The notes beneath the pieces were generated by a model, which searched no databases, was not told the origin of the DNA, and worked only from the letters and a program-made list of their open reading frames with translations. Shown here one piece after another: positions 49,240-61,544 of a stretch of DNA of 64,000 bases. Each line of letters opens with the position of its first letter. Position 1 is the first letter of the stretch. The position numbers and the translations under genes are program-made. The stretch is from Anthoceros angustus (lineage: Eukaryota > Plantae > Anthocerotophyta), in assembly GCA_010909165.1 (NCBI GenBank), contig VJWM01000182.1:124001-188000 (forward strand), read 5' to 3'.

Positions 49240-49830
49240 CGACAACAATATGCCTCACTGCTTGAAACCCTATATCCCAAAATCATTCCAAGTCAATTAG
49301 TTGGAACAGCACAAATGACTGACTTGCTAAACGGATACAATGCCCACTTACTTGAAACCCTATGTCCCAAAATCATTCCAAATCAATTAGTTGGAATAAC
49401 ACAAATGACTGACTGGGTAAACGAATGCCATGCCCACTTGCTTGAAACCCTGTATTCCAAAATTGCTTCAAGCTTGAAATCAGGTATCCTAAAATCATTC
49501 CAAGTCAAAATATGGAACCGCACAAACGACTTACTTACTTAATCATTTTAAACTTGAAACCCTGTTTCCCAAAATCATTCCAACCGCACAAATGACTGAC
49601 TTGCTGAATCATTCCAAACTTGGAACCATGTTTTCCAAAATCAATCCAATAGAATTATCCACAACTACACAATTGACTGACTTGCTGAACGGATATGATG
49701 CGCATTGCTTGAAACTGCATCCCAAACTCATGCCAAGCTTGAAACCCCGTATCCCAAAATCATTCCAAGTCAATTATTTGGAACCGCACAAACGATTAAC
49801 TTGCTGAACGGATACAATGCATCATTGCTT
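49240..49830. repeat. Tandem repeat, about 87-bp unit x6 (reads as a 29-aa repeat on +)
   Basis: CTTGAAACCCT.T.TCCCAAAATCATTCCAAGTCAATTAGTTGGAAC.GCACAAATGACTGACTTGCTGAACGGATACAATGC; translation LLETLYPKIIPSQLVGTAQMTDLLNGYNAH. Confidence 0.85.
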
Positions 49831-51305
49831 TTACGTCTTGAAGGTATTGTTCCCTCCAATAAGGGACCATTGTCTTGCCTTGCATGGCAAGTTCCATCAC
49901 ATAAAACATAGAATTAGCTTGCTGCAAATTCAACTCTATTGGAAAAGTACGGCTATAATGGCCGCCAGGGCCCTGCATCTCGCATGCAACGGCTTCTGCC
50001 ACTATTGGAGAACCCCAACTATCTAGAATTCCACTTTCTTCATCATAATACTCCCTCCATTTATCATCCTCCTGCAATTTCAGAAGGTCCTCTAGCCATC
50101 TCTTAATGACCTCCTTGGGAGCATCCATCCACGGTTTAGGAACACCAAGTTCCCCAATAAGCCTTCTCTTAGAGTTTTGGTTACCTTGCTTCGTTGATTA
50201 CGAACAACTCCCTTCACATTGGTCTGAAGGGATGACTCCCAATATTGCTTGAACTCTTTGATAGATTCCCCAGAGAGGTTATACTCATCAATAAGTTTCT
50301 CCTTCAGAAGCTCCTCGAATGGAAAGAGAGTTGCATCAATGTTGTTGACCAGCATAATTGTTCCCAATATGGTAGCCAATTTCTTGTTCACCTTTTTCCA
50401 GTCCATGTATTCTGGTTTGTATGGAGGAGAATGCTAGAGAGCCAAGTCAGTCTTCCTTTGCATCAATGTCATAAGGTTCCTTCGTCTTTCAACCTCATCC
50501 TTCAGAGCTAAAAGCATAAGCCAATCTGCTGCATTCAATCTGTCATATAGGTTTGTTAGTGCATTGCTGAGGGAAGGAAAACTAACAACAATCTTGAAAT
50601 GTACTTACTTTTCAATGCCATTGTCCTGAGCACGTTTAGAATGAAGTTGAAGTTCACACTCCTGCTGCCTCTTCATATTAGTACCTCGACCACTTGCCAG
50701 GAAACAACGGTTTTGTCAGTATACTAACCCCTTCATATTAGTAGCTCTGTCACAAGCATTAACGAGAAACAACGTTTTGTCAGTATACTACTACTTGCAA
50801 TTCCTCTAACAGGAAACAATGTTTGGTCTGTATAGTAACCTGCAATTCCTCAGGCAAGTAAAATTGACAACTATTCTCTTGAATGTACTCACTCTTCAAT
50901 ACCATTGTCTCAAGGACGTCTGGAATGGAGCTGAGTTTTAGCATCTTGCCGCCTCTTCAAATTAGTACCTTGACGAAGAAGGTCCTTGGTTTGTCCAAAA
51001 CTAACATCTCTGTGAGTGGACACTAGTTTTGCTGCCTCTTGACTTGAATCAAACATTGACTGTGCTTTCCTGTTGGTCTTAGTCTGTTGAGAATAAATTC
51101 CTTTTTGTTTGGAATCGACTCTCAATGCCACCGTTTCCTCTTCAAAATCGAAGGTTGCTTGTCCTTTGCTTCTGCTCTTGGGTGCAAGCACGGTTAGGTA
51201 GACCACATTATGTGGGGACGGACGCAACGTGGAAATATGTCCACATGTGGACATATTTACCTTCCAAAAACTCTTCTCGCTAGAATAATGATCGAAGTGA
51301 TTCAA
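49796..51305 (-). other. Unidentified, probably spliced, TE-associated ORF
   Basis: Protein-like consecutive minus-strand pieces (50910-51305, 50092-50406, 49796-50128), for example DWKKVNKKLATILGTIMLVNNIDATLFPFEELLKEKLIDEYNLSGESIKEFKQYWESSL, separated by AT-richer intron-like spacers. Confidence 0.35.
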
Positions 51306-53530
51306 GTTTTTTTCCCAAAACTAAGAGCATGGCAACAAGTCCACAGTAAAATGCCCAGATTTTAAGGATATGATTTTTGCATTTGGTATTTAATTATTTG
51401 ATCATGGATGGACAAGTGAGCTTTGGATACAAAAAGTGAGCACAAGACACACAACCCAAGCTCATTTGAATTTCAAGCATAGCAAATCAAGTGAACACGA
51501 GAACACTAAAAGTGAGTCTTTGTCACACTGAAGTTGGAACTGGTTCAAATTTCAAAGTTTGGAATAAGCGGGAATTTCAAAGTTGTACCATGGCAATTTC
51601 AAGAGCGTTAAATCAAGTGAACATGGAACACTGAAAGTGAAGCATGGTCACAAACAAGTGTAAACTTGTTTGTATTTCAAAGTTTTGTCTAAGCGGATTT
51701 TCAAAAGATGGTAAGTACCCATGAGTGCGGCACTTGTCACCAATGAGAGCATAACCGCCATCTTCACGCTGCGAGACCTTTCACCACTGCTTGCGCTTGA
51801 GGCGCTCGGTGCGTGTGTGAACCATGTGCCCGATCGTGAGCTGCGAGAGGGAGGAGGCGGGAAGGGAGCCCGTCCGAGGCGAGGCAAGGAATTGAATGGC
51901 TCAGCAGCCTCCCTCTCCGGGTGCACTTAGGAGCAAAACACGCACTGGGCGCGGTGGAGGAAAAGCAAATTCGAGTTGCATCTTTGCGTGTGGAAGATGG
52001 AGCATCTTTGTGCGTAGCGGATGTTAGGCAAGGCGGGGAGGTCCTTCGCATGGAGGAGGATTGTCACGGTGATAATCATACGGCAGAGGGTGGGTGTGAG
52101 GCGCTTCTCCGGATCCAAGAACCCTCAATGAGTGAGGAGGGAACTAGTCTACGAGGGCAACAACAGTCCTCTTTCATCCACAGGCGGTCAAGGCGATTCC
52201 GTGCAGCAAAGGGGGATCTCACCAGTCGTGATGGGGCCTGTGATGCACAATGTGGGCGTATTGCTCGAGAACTTGGCCACGCTGATGTAGAACTGCCCAC
52301 TTCAATTCGATAGCAAGGCTAAGGTGTTAGATGCTTTTTCCGGGCTTGTGGCCTCAAGGAATTCTTCCCCGCCGTTGTAGGGGTGAAGGCTCGAAGCCAC
52401 ATCCCTTCCAAAAACTCTTCTCGCTAGAATAATGATCAAGTGATTCAAGTTTTTTCCCAAAACTAAGAGCATGGCAACAAGTCCACGAAATGCCCAGATC
52501 TTAAGGATATGATTTTGCATTTGGTATTTAATTACTTGATCATGGATGGACAAGTGAGCTTTGGATACAAAAGTGAGCACAAGACACACAACCCAAGCTC
52601 ATTTGAATTTCAAGCAAACCGTCAAGTGAACATGTAACACTAAAAGTGAGTCTTTGTCACAATGAAGTTGGAACTTGTTCAAATTTCAAAGTTTGGAATA
52701 AGCGGAATTTCAAAGTTGTACTCGCAATTTCAAGAGCGTCAAGTGAACATGGAACACGAAAGTGAAGCATGGTCACAAACAAGTGTAAACTTGTTTGTAT
52801 TTCAAAGTTTTGTCTAAGCGGATTTTCAAAAGATGGTAAGTACCCATGTTGGTGCGACTTGTCACCAATGAGAGCATAACCGCCATCTTCACGCTGCGAG
52901 ACCTTTCACCACCGCTTTGCGCTTGAGGTGCCTCGTGTGTGAACCATGTGCCCAGATCGTGAGCTGCGAGGAGGAGAGGCAGAAGGGAGCCCGTCCGAGG
53001 TGCAAGGAATTGAATGGCTCCAGGCCTCCCTCTGGGTGCACTTAGAGCAAAACACGCACTGGAAGCGCTGGAGGGAAAAGCAAATTCGAGTTGCATCTTT
53101 GCGTGTGGAAGATGGAGCATCTTTGTGCGTAGCGGATGTTAGGCAAGAGGCGGAGTCCGCATGGAGGAGGATTGTCACGGTGATAATCATACCAGAGGGT
53201 GGTGAGGCTCCGGATCCAAGAACCCTCAATGAGTGAGGAGGGAACTAGTCTACGAGGGCAAACAACACCAGGTCCTCTTTCATCCACAGAGCGGTCAAGG
53301 CGGTTCCGTGCACGGCAAAGGGGGGCGGGATCTCACCCAGGTCAGCGATGGGGCCGCTGTGATGCACAATGTGGGCGTATTGCTCGAGAACTTGGCCACG
53401 TTTTCAGATGTAGAACTGCCCACTTCAATTCTGATAGCAAGGCTAAGGTGTTAGATGCTTTTTCCAGGCTTCGTGGCCTCAAGGAATTCTTCCCTGCTGT
53501 TGCTGTAGGGGTGAAGGCTCGAAGCCACAT
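51260..53530. repeat. Tandem duplication, about 1.15-kb unit x2, with decayed minus-strand coding-like sequence
   Basis: CCTTCCAAAAACTCTTCTCGCTAGAATAATGATC at about 51260 and 52405. Both copies run to GGTGAAGGCTCGAAGCCACATCC. Confidence 0.88.
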
Positions 53531-54139
53531 CCTCGCTCAAACATCGGTGGCCATGAAAAAGCTGCGGAGTGTACAAGCGTCGATCACTTGAAGGCAAGAC
53601 AAACCTTTATGAATATTGTGCTAACGGCGTGAGGCAAGCTGGAGCATGCCTTGGGCCGAGTCCTTGGGGTCGGCAGTTGTACGCCATCTTCAAACCCAGC
53701 GATTTGCAAAGTGCACCGAGGAGGCGCTACCGTGTGGTGGGGACGGAAGGCTCGTTCGATTGTTTGCCCCAAGGGGTTAAAGGCTTTTGCAATTTTGGGA
53801 GTCGGCGTCAAGGCCTTCCTCCAACTCCAAGGATGCGAGGCGTGGTGGCTCCTCTTGTCTTCTTGCGCACATCATCCATTTCCTAGATACCTCTCGTGAT
53901 TCCACGCAATTTCTCTTGTCGCCCATCGGTGCGCACCGCCATTGGTGGTGAGCGTCTCCTTGCCAGTGCAAGCTAGTCTATTCTTGCAATTGAACACGCC
54001 ACTAACCCTTTAACTTGTTTGAAGCCCGTCGGGATCATCACTATATGTGACGCTGCTTGCCGTGCTACGTCACTCTCCATGTTCGAGTTTCCTCCTGTGG
54101 CTGCGTCGCTTGCTTCACTTCTTTGCTTGCGCCATGCTT

Positions 54140-54680
54140 GCCCGGCTCTTGTTTAGTTGCTCTTGCTCGGTCATTTGCCGGGCTCGATCATTGCTCGCTC
54201 CATGGTCATTTGCCAGCTATTGCTCATTTTCTCGCTCTGCTCATTTTCTCGCTCCTTGTCATTTTCTCGCTCCTTGTCATTTGCTCGCTCCTTGTCATTT
54301 GCTCGCTCCTTGTCATTTTACTCGCTGGTCATTTGCTCGCTCATTTGCTTTGGCTCCTTCTCATTCGCTCGGCTCTGGTCGGGTTCCAGCTCTGCTCATT
54401 TGCCACAGCTCGATCATTTGCTCCCCATGGTCATTTGCCGGCTATTGCTCATTTTCTCGCTGTCATTTGCTGGCTCCTTCTCATTCGCTCGGCTCCTTGT
54501 CATTTGCTCGCTGTCATTTGCTCCTTGTCATTTGCTCGCCTGTGTCATTTGCACTGGCTACTGCTCATTTGCTTTGGCTCCTTCTCATTCGCTCTGGCTC
54601 GGTCGTTCCTGCTCCGCTCATTTGCCCTCGATCATTTGGCACGGCTCCGCTCCTTTGCCATGGCTACTGATCATTTGCTC
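54140..54680. repeat. Degenerate about 18-bp tandem array (TCATTTGCTCGCTCCTTG)
   Basis: More than 20 copies directly upstream of the transposase; likely subterminal or internal TE repeats. Confidence 0.85.
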
Positions 54681-54849
54681 TGCGTGCAATGTTCATTTGC
54701 AGTAGCTCAGGTTCACTCGAGGATATACAAGGCTCACCTGCTTTGTGAGTGGGGCACTTCATGTGGCTCTGTGTCCTTTGTGCACCGCTCCACTCTATCT
54801 ACTTTGTTTGGTCACATCTTGGTGTCCAGCTTTTAGAGGAGATGTTACG

Positions 54850-57074
54850 AGCATACATTGTCGTGAGTGATGTGCGACGGAGTTTTTGCGCTTTCAAAAG
54901 GAGAATCCGGATATCAAGATTGGCCAACGAGCATTCGACTGAAGCCCTTCTTCATCAAATCCACAAGAGAAATATGCATTGTTGCGGTACCATGTCGAGA
55001 TGGCATTTTGAAAGGCGCTCGAATGCGCTCGCGATGCCATCAAAGGTGCACCTCGTGTGCACGTGTACCGTGGGGTGTGTGGAGAGGAACCCGAGGAGGG
55101 GACAAGTGCCACGCGATCGGAGATGTTTTCATCCGTCCAGAGATGGTGCACTGCTTTATGCCCTAGAGCACCGGATGAGGGCGCATAGGCGAAAATGTTT
55201 GCTTGGTAAATGCTGCTGTGGAGTTTCAAGCGGCCCTCTGTCCTAAGGAGGTTTCACAAGCATTTTTGCGGAGATGAAGCTGAAGTGGCGGTGCTTCGAA
55301 TATTAGAAGGTGGGAGTGAATGAGGACGGAACCTCCAAGTCCAGAATAAAGCTAGTTTATAGGGAAACCCATCCGTCGGCGATGATTGAATTTCTTAAGG
55401 ATAAATTGACTGCTTTCATTTCACATGACTACGTCCAAAGATGGCAAGCCCTGGAGTTTTGGAAGTGCATTGATTGGTTTCCCGAGGATGTGATAGTTTA
55501 TGTTATGGACTTTTCGCAGAACTATGCTTTTCACGTTCAGAATGAGATACAATCAATGCACTGGCATAGTGATCATTCAAGTTACTATTCTAGTTCATGT
55601 TACATATATGCGGATGGGGCGGTGGTGGAGGAGGACCCTAAATGTTCAAGTTTTACCACTTTTACATTAGTGATGACATGCGACATGACACTCTCTTTGT
55701 CCGGCATGCCCTTATGCTACATTGGGATGGCTCTATCAAATGGATACAAGAGTCCACGAGCATTGGATGTGGTCGGATGGTGCGCTTGATTTAAGGCTTG
55801 CGGACCAAGCTATTTTGTGGCGGTACCCAAGTCTAACCGGAGGATGCGAGAATCTTTGTGGAGCTATTTTGGGTCGCCACGGAAAGGGGAAGCACGGGGC
55901 GGTGGAGGAGGACCCTCTGTAATGTTCATAAGTTTTACCACTTTTACATTAGTGATGACATGCGATGACACTCTCTTTGTCCAGCATGCCCTTATGCTAC
56001 ATTGGGACTGGCTACTGTCAAATGGATACAAGAGTCCACGAGAGCATTGGATGTGGTCGGATGGTGCAGCTTCGCAGTTTAAGGCTTGCAGACCAAGCTA
56101 TTTTGTGGCGAGGTACCCAAGTCTAACCGGAGGATGCAGAATGCTGTGGAGCTATTTTGGGTCAGGCCACGGAAAGGGGGAGCACGACGGGGCAGGTGCC
56201 ATATTAAAGAGGGCACTACGTGCCGAAGAGCTGTCACCTTCATCGACAAGGCTGCAGAGTGCCGCGGATGTTGTCGACTTCCTGCGGTCCAGTATATCCA
56301 ATGGGGATGCATCCTCCTATGCAAGTGGAGAAAGGCAGGTGCAAAGGGTTTTTTGGTTGGTGGGAAAGAATGAAGTCAACCGCAGGCAGCGGTGGGGGTG
56401 TGCACCAATCCCGGGTTCTAAAGGCATGCACAGCATATATGGTGACTCAGTGGATGCAACCAACCCTCGGCTCAAGATGCGGCATCTTGCGTGTTTTTGT
56501 GCTGTGTGCATGGACAGTGACCATGGAGCATGTGAGACAGTGCCCTATACACGCATATGGCATTGATTACTCGAGGCGGACGGTAGGGAGGGCGTTGGTG
56601 GTCGGACCCGTGACCGCACCATTGTCGCTACATGCGGTTGGTCCGGATGGGCCACGATCCCGCTGCTAATGGTGTTGCTAGTGAAGATGTCTTTGCGGAC
56701 CTCTTGGAGCTTGGAGACAACTTTGTGGTGCGTGCGGATCCGAGGACGAAGGTTCAACTTTTTTTTGGCAAAGTGCATGCTGCTGCATGTGACCACGGAG
56801 CACATTACTGTCCCTGGAGCGGACAAAATTTCCTCCCAAGGGATAAGGTGGTTGTGGGCGATTACTCGGGTTGAGCCGGATGGTTGTGTGTACACTTTGG
56901 ATCATGAGGTGGAGGTCACCCTTCTTTCATCCTACGTGGAGACACAAGTTCCCACTTTTGGGCAGCGTGGAAGGAGGCCGATTAGTGTATGTGCTTGACT
57001 CGGACACGGTCGAGTCCTTTAAGGAGCTTGTGAGGGAAACTAGAACCCATTTGTGTTTTCGTAGTCGACTCTAA
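54850..57074 (+). mobile_element. Sola2-like DDD-type DNA transposase pseudogene (with a 0.3-kb internal duplication at about 55610-56190)
   Basis: Motifs KENPDIKIGQRAF.LKPFF...CCC.YHVE, VMDFSQNYAFHVQNEIQSMHW, WMWSDGAASQFK, YFGSGHGKGEHDGAGAILKR and a terminal CFCAVC. The DF.ENY..Q.EIQS.HW / SDG..QFK / HGKG..DG.G signature is clear; the Sola2 assignment is from memory and needs confirmation. Confidence 0.7.
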
Positions 57075-57149
57075 GGCCTCAATTGTACATATGCCAAACA
57101 CGAAATTGAAATGACCTTGACGAACTTGTAAATACCATGGTGCAGTTGC

Positions 57150-60100
57150 TCAAGATGTGGCCATATTCACACGTGTGATGACCCGCTCCACTCGCTTGGG
57201 ATCTGGAGCACTTTGCTTGACTTGCGACCTTGCGGGTGACAATGCCCAACTTAAGCGCCTTTTAAAACCCCATCTCGTGGAAGACCTTGGAAGAGCCAAA
57301 GATTGATGCAAGTGAGCCATGGCCACGACATCGCAATTGATTGGCGGTAGGATTCTGCGATGGCGGTAGCGGGTCTTCGCTGCGATGGCGGTAGCGGGTG
57401 CGATGCGATGGCGGCGCGGTGTCGATGCGATGGCGGCGCGGGTGCCGGTGATGCGATGGCGCGTGGGTGCGGTGCGATGGCGGATGCAGATGGTAGGCGG
57501 AGACCATTCATGGCTCGGGCGAAAGTGTGGCCATGCTGACACCCCAAGGATGTGAAGCCCAGCCGAGGAGCACATACATCCGTGATGGCGGGTAGCCTCA
57601 TGTGAACAAAGTTTCGTTCGCATTCTTACTATGAGTTTCTTGAAGGTTTCGGAAGGCCTAACGTATTGTTGTGTGGAGAGTTTAAAGAAAATTTCTTTAC
57701 CTATGTGATATAAATCAATAGATACTATCCACCGGCTCCCGTCTTTGTGGGATTTGGTGGAGCGCATGCCTACGCGCCGTATATATCTGTCACCCACGGA
57801 GGGGTCGGCTGTTGAAACGGAACGTGAACCATGTGGCCACTTCCATGATAATCTTGTCGTGTCGGAGGACCGTAGGGTCTTGAGGCGCGGCTCAAGGCAT
57901 GTGCAGAGGATGTGAGCGCTTGTTTCCCGCTTGCGGAGGGTGCAATTGCGGCATAAAGGGTCCTCTTCGTGTGTATTAGCTCGGCGGGAGTTGCAGGGTG
58001 TGCAGTTGAGGAGGAACCGACACATAGTGGTGAACTCGACTGTGGGGACATTGGGGTGGGTGATCCAGCTCCGACTACCCAGGGCTTGGGGGTTGGAGAA
58101 GTGCCATTGCTTCTAGCCTCATAGCATTCCATCTCCCGAATGGTTCCTGATTGCGCTCATGTTTTATATACATTGTTAGCTTGGCTATATTAGGAAATGG
58201 AGATAGGTTCGGCCTGATATCAGTCATAACTCCCTGCTCGTTCATGCAGACTTGGCCATGGACTTGTTGACATGCCGAGTAAAATCGTGTTCCCAGAATC
58301 CGGCCTTCTGTCTCCCGGCTGGTGTTCAGTCCATGCCCATCTATAATAATGCGGCCTTTGCCGGTGGTAGCAAACCATTTGGCGAAAGGGGAGTGTGGTT
58401 GGCCCAACTCCGCTTCCGGGAGGGGGAGGGTTAGGTCCTAGTCAAAAAAGATGCGTCAGTGCCATTGGTCCCTGGAGGCACTTGGCAAGTTCGGCTACTT
58501 CTGCATGGCATATAAAAAGGGCCAAATGTGGTTGTTGTAGCTAGCGGAAGAGGCTGAAAACCAAACAGGTCTTATTGTATTTTGATGAAGTCTCTAAGCC
58601 TAGGCTTCCCAACTCTCCGGGCAGCGAGTTGGCCTAAGACTCCTTCTTTGTCCCCCAAGCCTAAGACCCGGCAGGCCGAAACCGACATGTAGGATGTGGC
58701 TTGGTGAAGGGTTTCATCCGGAATGTTCAGGTGTGCTAAGGGTAATACATGACTGGGTTTTCCCATTCACGTATCATCCGGATGCGGGACTTGAAGTGAA
58801 CTAACCTGAGGCGTTGGGTATCATCCCCGAAGGAGTGCAAGCCGCTTGGTGAATTTGTCTGTCAGGTTCCGCCCCCATAGTGCGGCCGATATCGAAGACG
58901 CGATTCCACCGCCCTCACCGTGGGTGCCCTCAGGATACCTAGGTGTTAGAAAGCGGCCGTGCGGGGAAGCTGCAGGGCACGCTGGCCTTGTAGATAGAGG
59001 TCTCTGTGGAACTCAGATCCATCCGCATTCAATCCCCACCATCCGCACTAGGCTATGTCGAATTCCATTCCCCCCCAGTCATAGAACGCGGACTCCCGAA
59101 GGGCCATTGCTTGGATCTCACTCCAAGTATTGGAGGTTCGAGCCTCATCATCCATATAGTCCACCCCGTGAATCGCGATGATGTGCATTCCGTATCCGTG
59201 GCAGTCTCGTTCCACCTATTGGAAAGGGTGTCTCGCGTGATAGCGAATGTGAGTGGACTTATGGTGTTCCCTTGGGGATTACCTCAGGAAATGAGGATCT
59301 TGTCGGAGGTGTTTTGGCCCTTATGGAGACATATCCTCCCGCCCCGAACAGATTCAGACCACATAGCCTTGAGCGAGGGGTGGAGAGGGGTTAGGTGGAT
59401 GATCCTGGAAATGAGGCCTATTTCCACAGTCCCGAAAGCGTTCTTGAGGTCTGTGAAGAGGACAAAGACCACCTTGTGTGCTCTTCGGGCGTGTTCTAAC
59501 ACCAGGGCTAGGGTGATGTTGCCATCTAGGCATCCCGCTACTCCATGTGTGACTCAAACTTGCATAGTGGATCGGAGATTGAAGCGATCGAGGTCTCTGT
59601 GAATTGCTGCCGAAATCAGGCTGGAGAAGACCTTCGTGACTGCCGGGAGCAGCGTGATAGGTCGCCAGCTCTGGGGTCGTATGAGTGGTCGCCGTGGCTT
59701 GGGGGCTCAGCGGACGAACCCAACCTTGTATGTTAGGAAGATGCGGCGGGAGTTGCAGGGGTGTCGCTTGAGGAGGCAAACACATAGTGGTGAACTCGAC
59801 TGTGGGGACATTGGGGTGGGTGATCCAGCTCCGACTACCCAGGGCTTGGGGGTTGGAGAAGTGCCATTGCTTCTAGCCCTCATAGCATTCCATCTCCCGA
59901 ATGGTTCCCAGATTGCGCTCATGTTTTATATACATTGTTAGCTTGGCTATATTAGGAAATGGAGATAGGTTCGGCCTGATATCAGTCATAACTCCCTGCT
60001 CGTTCATGCAGACTTGGCCATGGACTTGTTGACATGCCGAGTAAAATCGTGTTCGATCCGCCTTCTCTCCCGGTACGGTGTCACCCATGCCCATCTATAA

Positions 60101-61544
60101 TAATGCGGCCTTTGCCGGTGGTAGCAAACCATTTGGCGAAAGGGGAGTGTGGTTGGCCCAACTCCGCTTCCGGGAGGGGGAGGGTTAGGTCCTAGTCAAA
60201 AAAGATGCGTCAGTGCCATTGGTCCCTGGAGGCACTTGGCAAGTTCGGCTACGATTCGGGCATGGCATATAAAAAGGGCCCAGAAATGTGGTTGTTGTAG
60301 CTAGCGGAAGAGGCTGAAAACCAGCGTGTCTTATTGTATTTTGATGAAGTCTCGCAAGCCTAGGCTTCCCAACTCTCTGGGCAACAGAGTTGGCCTAAGA
60401 CTCCTTCTTTGTCCCCCAAGCCTAAGACCCGGCAGGCCGAAACCGACATGTAGGATGTGGCTTGGTGAAGGGTTTCATCCGGAATGTTCAGGTGTGCTAA
60501 GGGTAATACATGACTGGGTTTTCCCATTCACGTATCATCCGGATGCGGGACTTGAAGTGAACTAACCTGAGGCGTTGGGTATCATCCCTGATGAGTGCAA
60601 GCCGTTTGGTGAATTTGTCCAGTGCTGGGGTTCCGGCCCCCATAGTGCGGCCGTCAGCATATCGAAGACGTGCGATTCCACTGCCCTCACCTGTGGGTCG
60701 TCTGTGGATACCTAGGTGTTAGAAAGCGGCCGTGCGGGGAAGCTGCAGGGCACGCTGGCCTTGTAGATAGAGGTCTCTGTGGAACTCAGATCCATCCGCA
60801 TTCAATCCCCACCATCCGCACTAGGCTATGTCGAATTCCATTCCCCCCCAGTCATAGAACGCGGACTCCCGAAGGGCCATTGCTTGGATCTCACTCCAAG
60901 TATTGGAGGTTCGAGCCTCATCATCCATATAGTCCACCCCGTGAATCGCGATGATGTGCATTCCGTATCCGTGGCAGTCTCGTTCCACCTATTGGAAAGG
61001 GTGTCTCGCGTGATAGCGAATGTGAGTGGACTTATGGTGTTCCCTTGGGGATTACCTCAGGAAATGAGGATCTTGTCGGAGGTGTTTTGGCCCTTATGGA
61101 GACATATCCTCCCGCCCCGAACAGATTCAGACCACATAGCCTTGAGCGAGGGGTGGAGAGGGGTTGGAGTGGATGATCCCGGAATGAGGCCTATTTCCAC
61201 AGTCCGAAAGCGTTCTTGAGGTCTCGTGAAGAGGACAAAGACCACCTTGTGTGCTCTTGGTGTTCTAACACCAGGGCTAGGGTGATGTTGCCATCTAGGC
61301 ATCCCGCTACTCCATGTGTGACTCAAACTTGCATAGTGGATCGGAGATTGAAGCGATCGAGGTCTCACGTTGCTGCATCAGTGAGAAGACCTTCGTGACT
61401 GCCGGGAGCAGCGTGATAGGTCGCCAGCTCTGGGGTCGTATGAGTGGTCGCCGTGGCTTGGGGGCTCAGCGGACGAACCCAACCTTGTATGTTAGGAAGA
61501 TGCGGCGGGAGGTTATTTGGTACGAGAAGACCAGACGCAACCAG
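57150..61544 (-). mobile_element. R2-group (NeSL/HERO/R4-like) non-LTR retrotransposon, 5'-truncated, RT plus CCHC plus RLE; RT region tandemly duplicated
   Basis: RT: PQSWRPITLLPAVTKVFSSLIS...GVAGCLDGNITL...VLFTDLKNAFGTV...GNPQGNTISPLTFAI (about 59670-59250, repeated about 61430-61000). Zinc knuckle CRNC...RETSAHILCTC then RHDKII (57955-57845), and a decayed endonuclease tail. Confidence 0.78.
57982..61511. repeat. Tandem duplication, about 1.76-kb unit x2
   Basis: CGGCGGGAG at 57982, 59744 and 61503. Confidence 0.9.

Noticed and set aside
51650-53900. Possible 2OG-Fe(II)/TET-JBP-like dioxygenase (YHRDN segment)
   Set aside because: An HxD-like word alone is insufficient; the distal His/Arg motifs could not be placed in a consistent frame.
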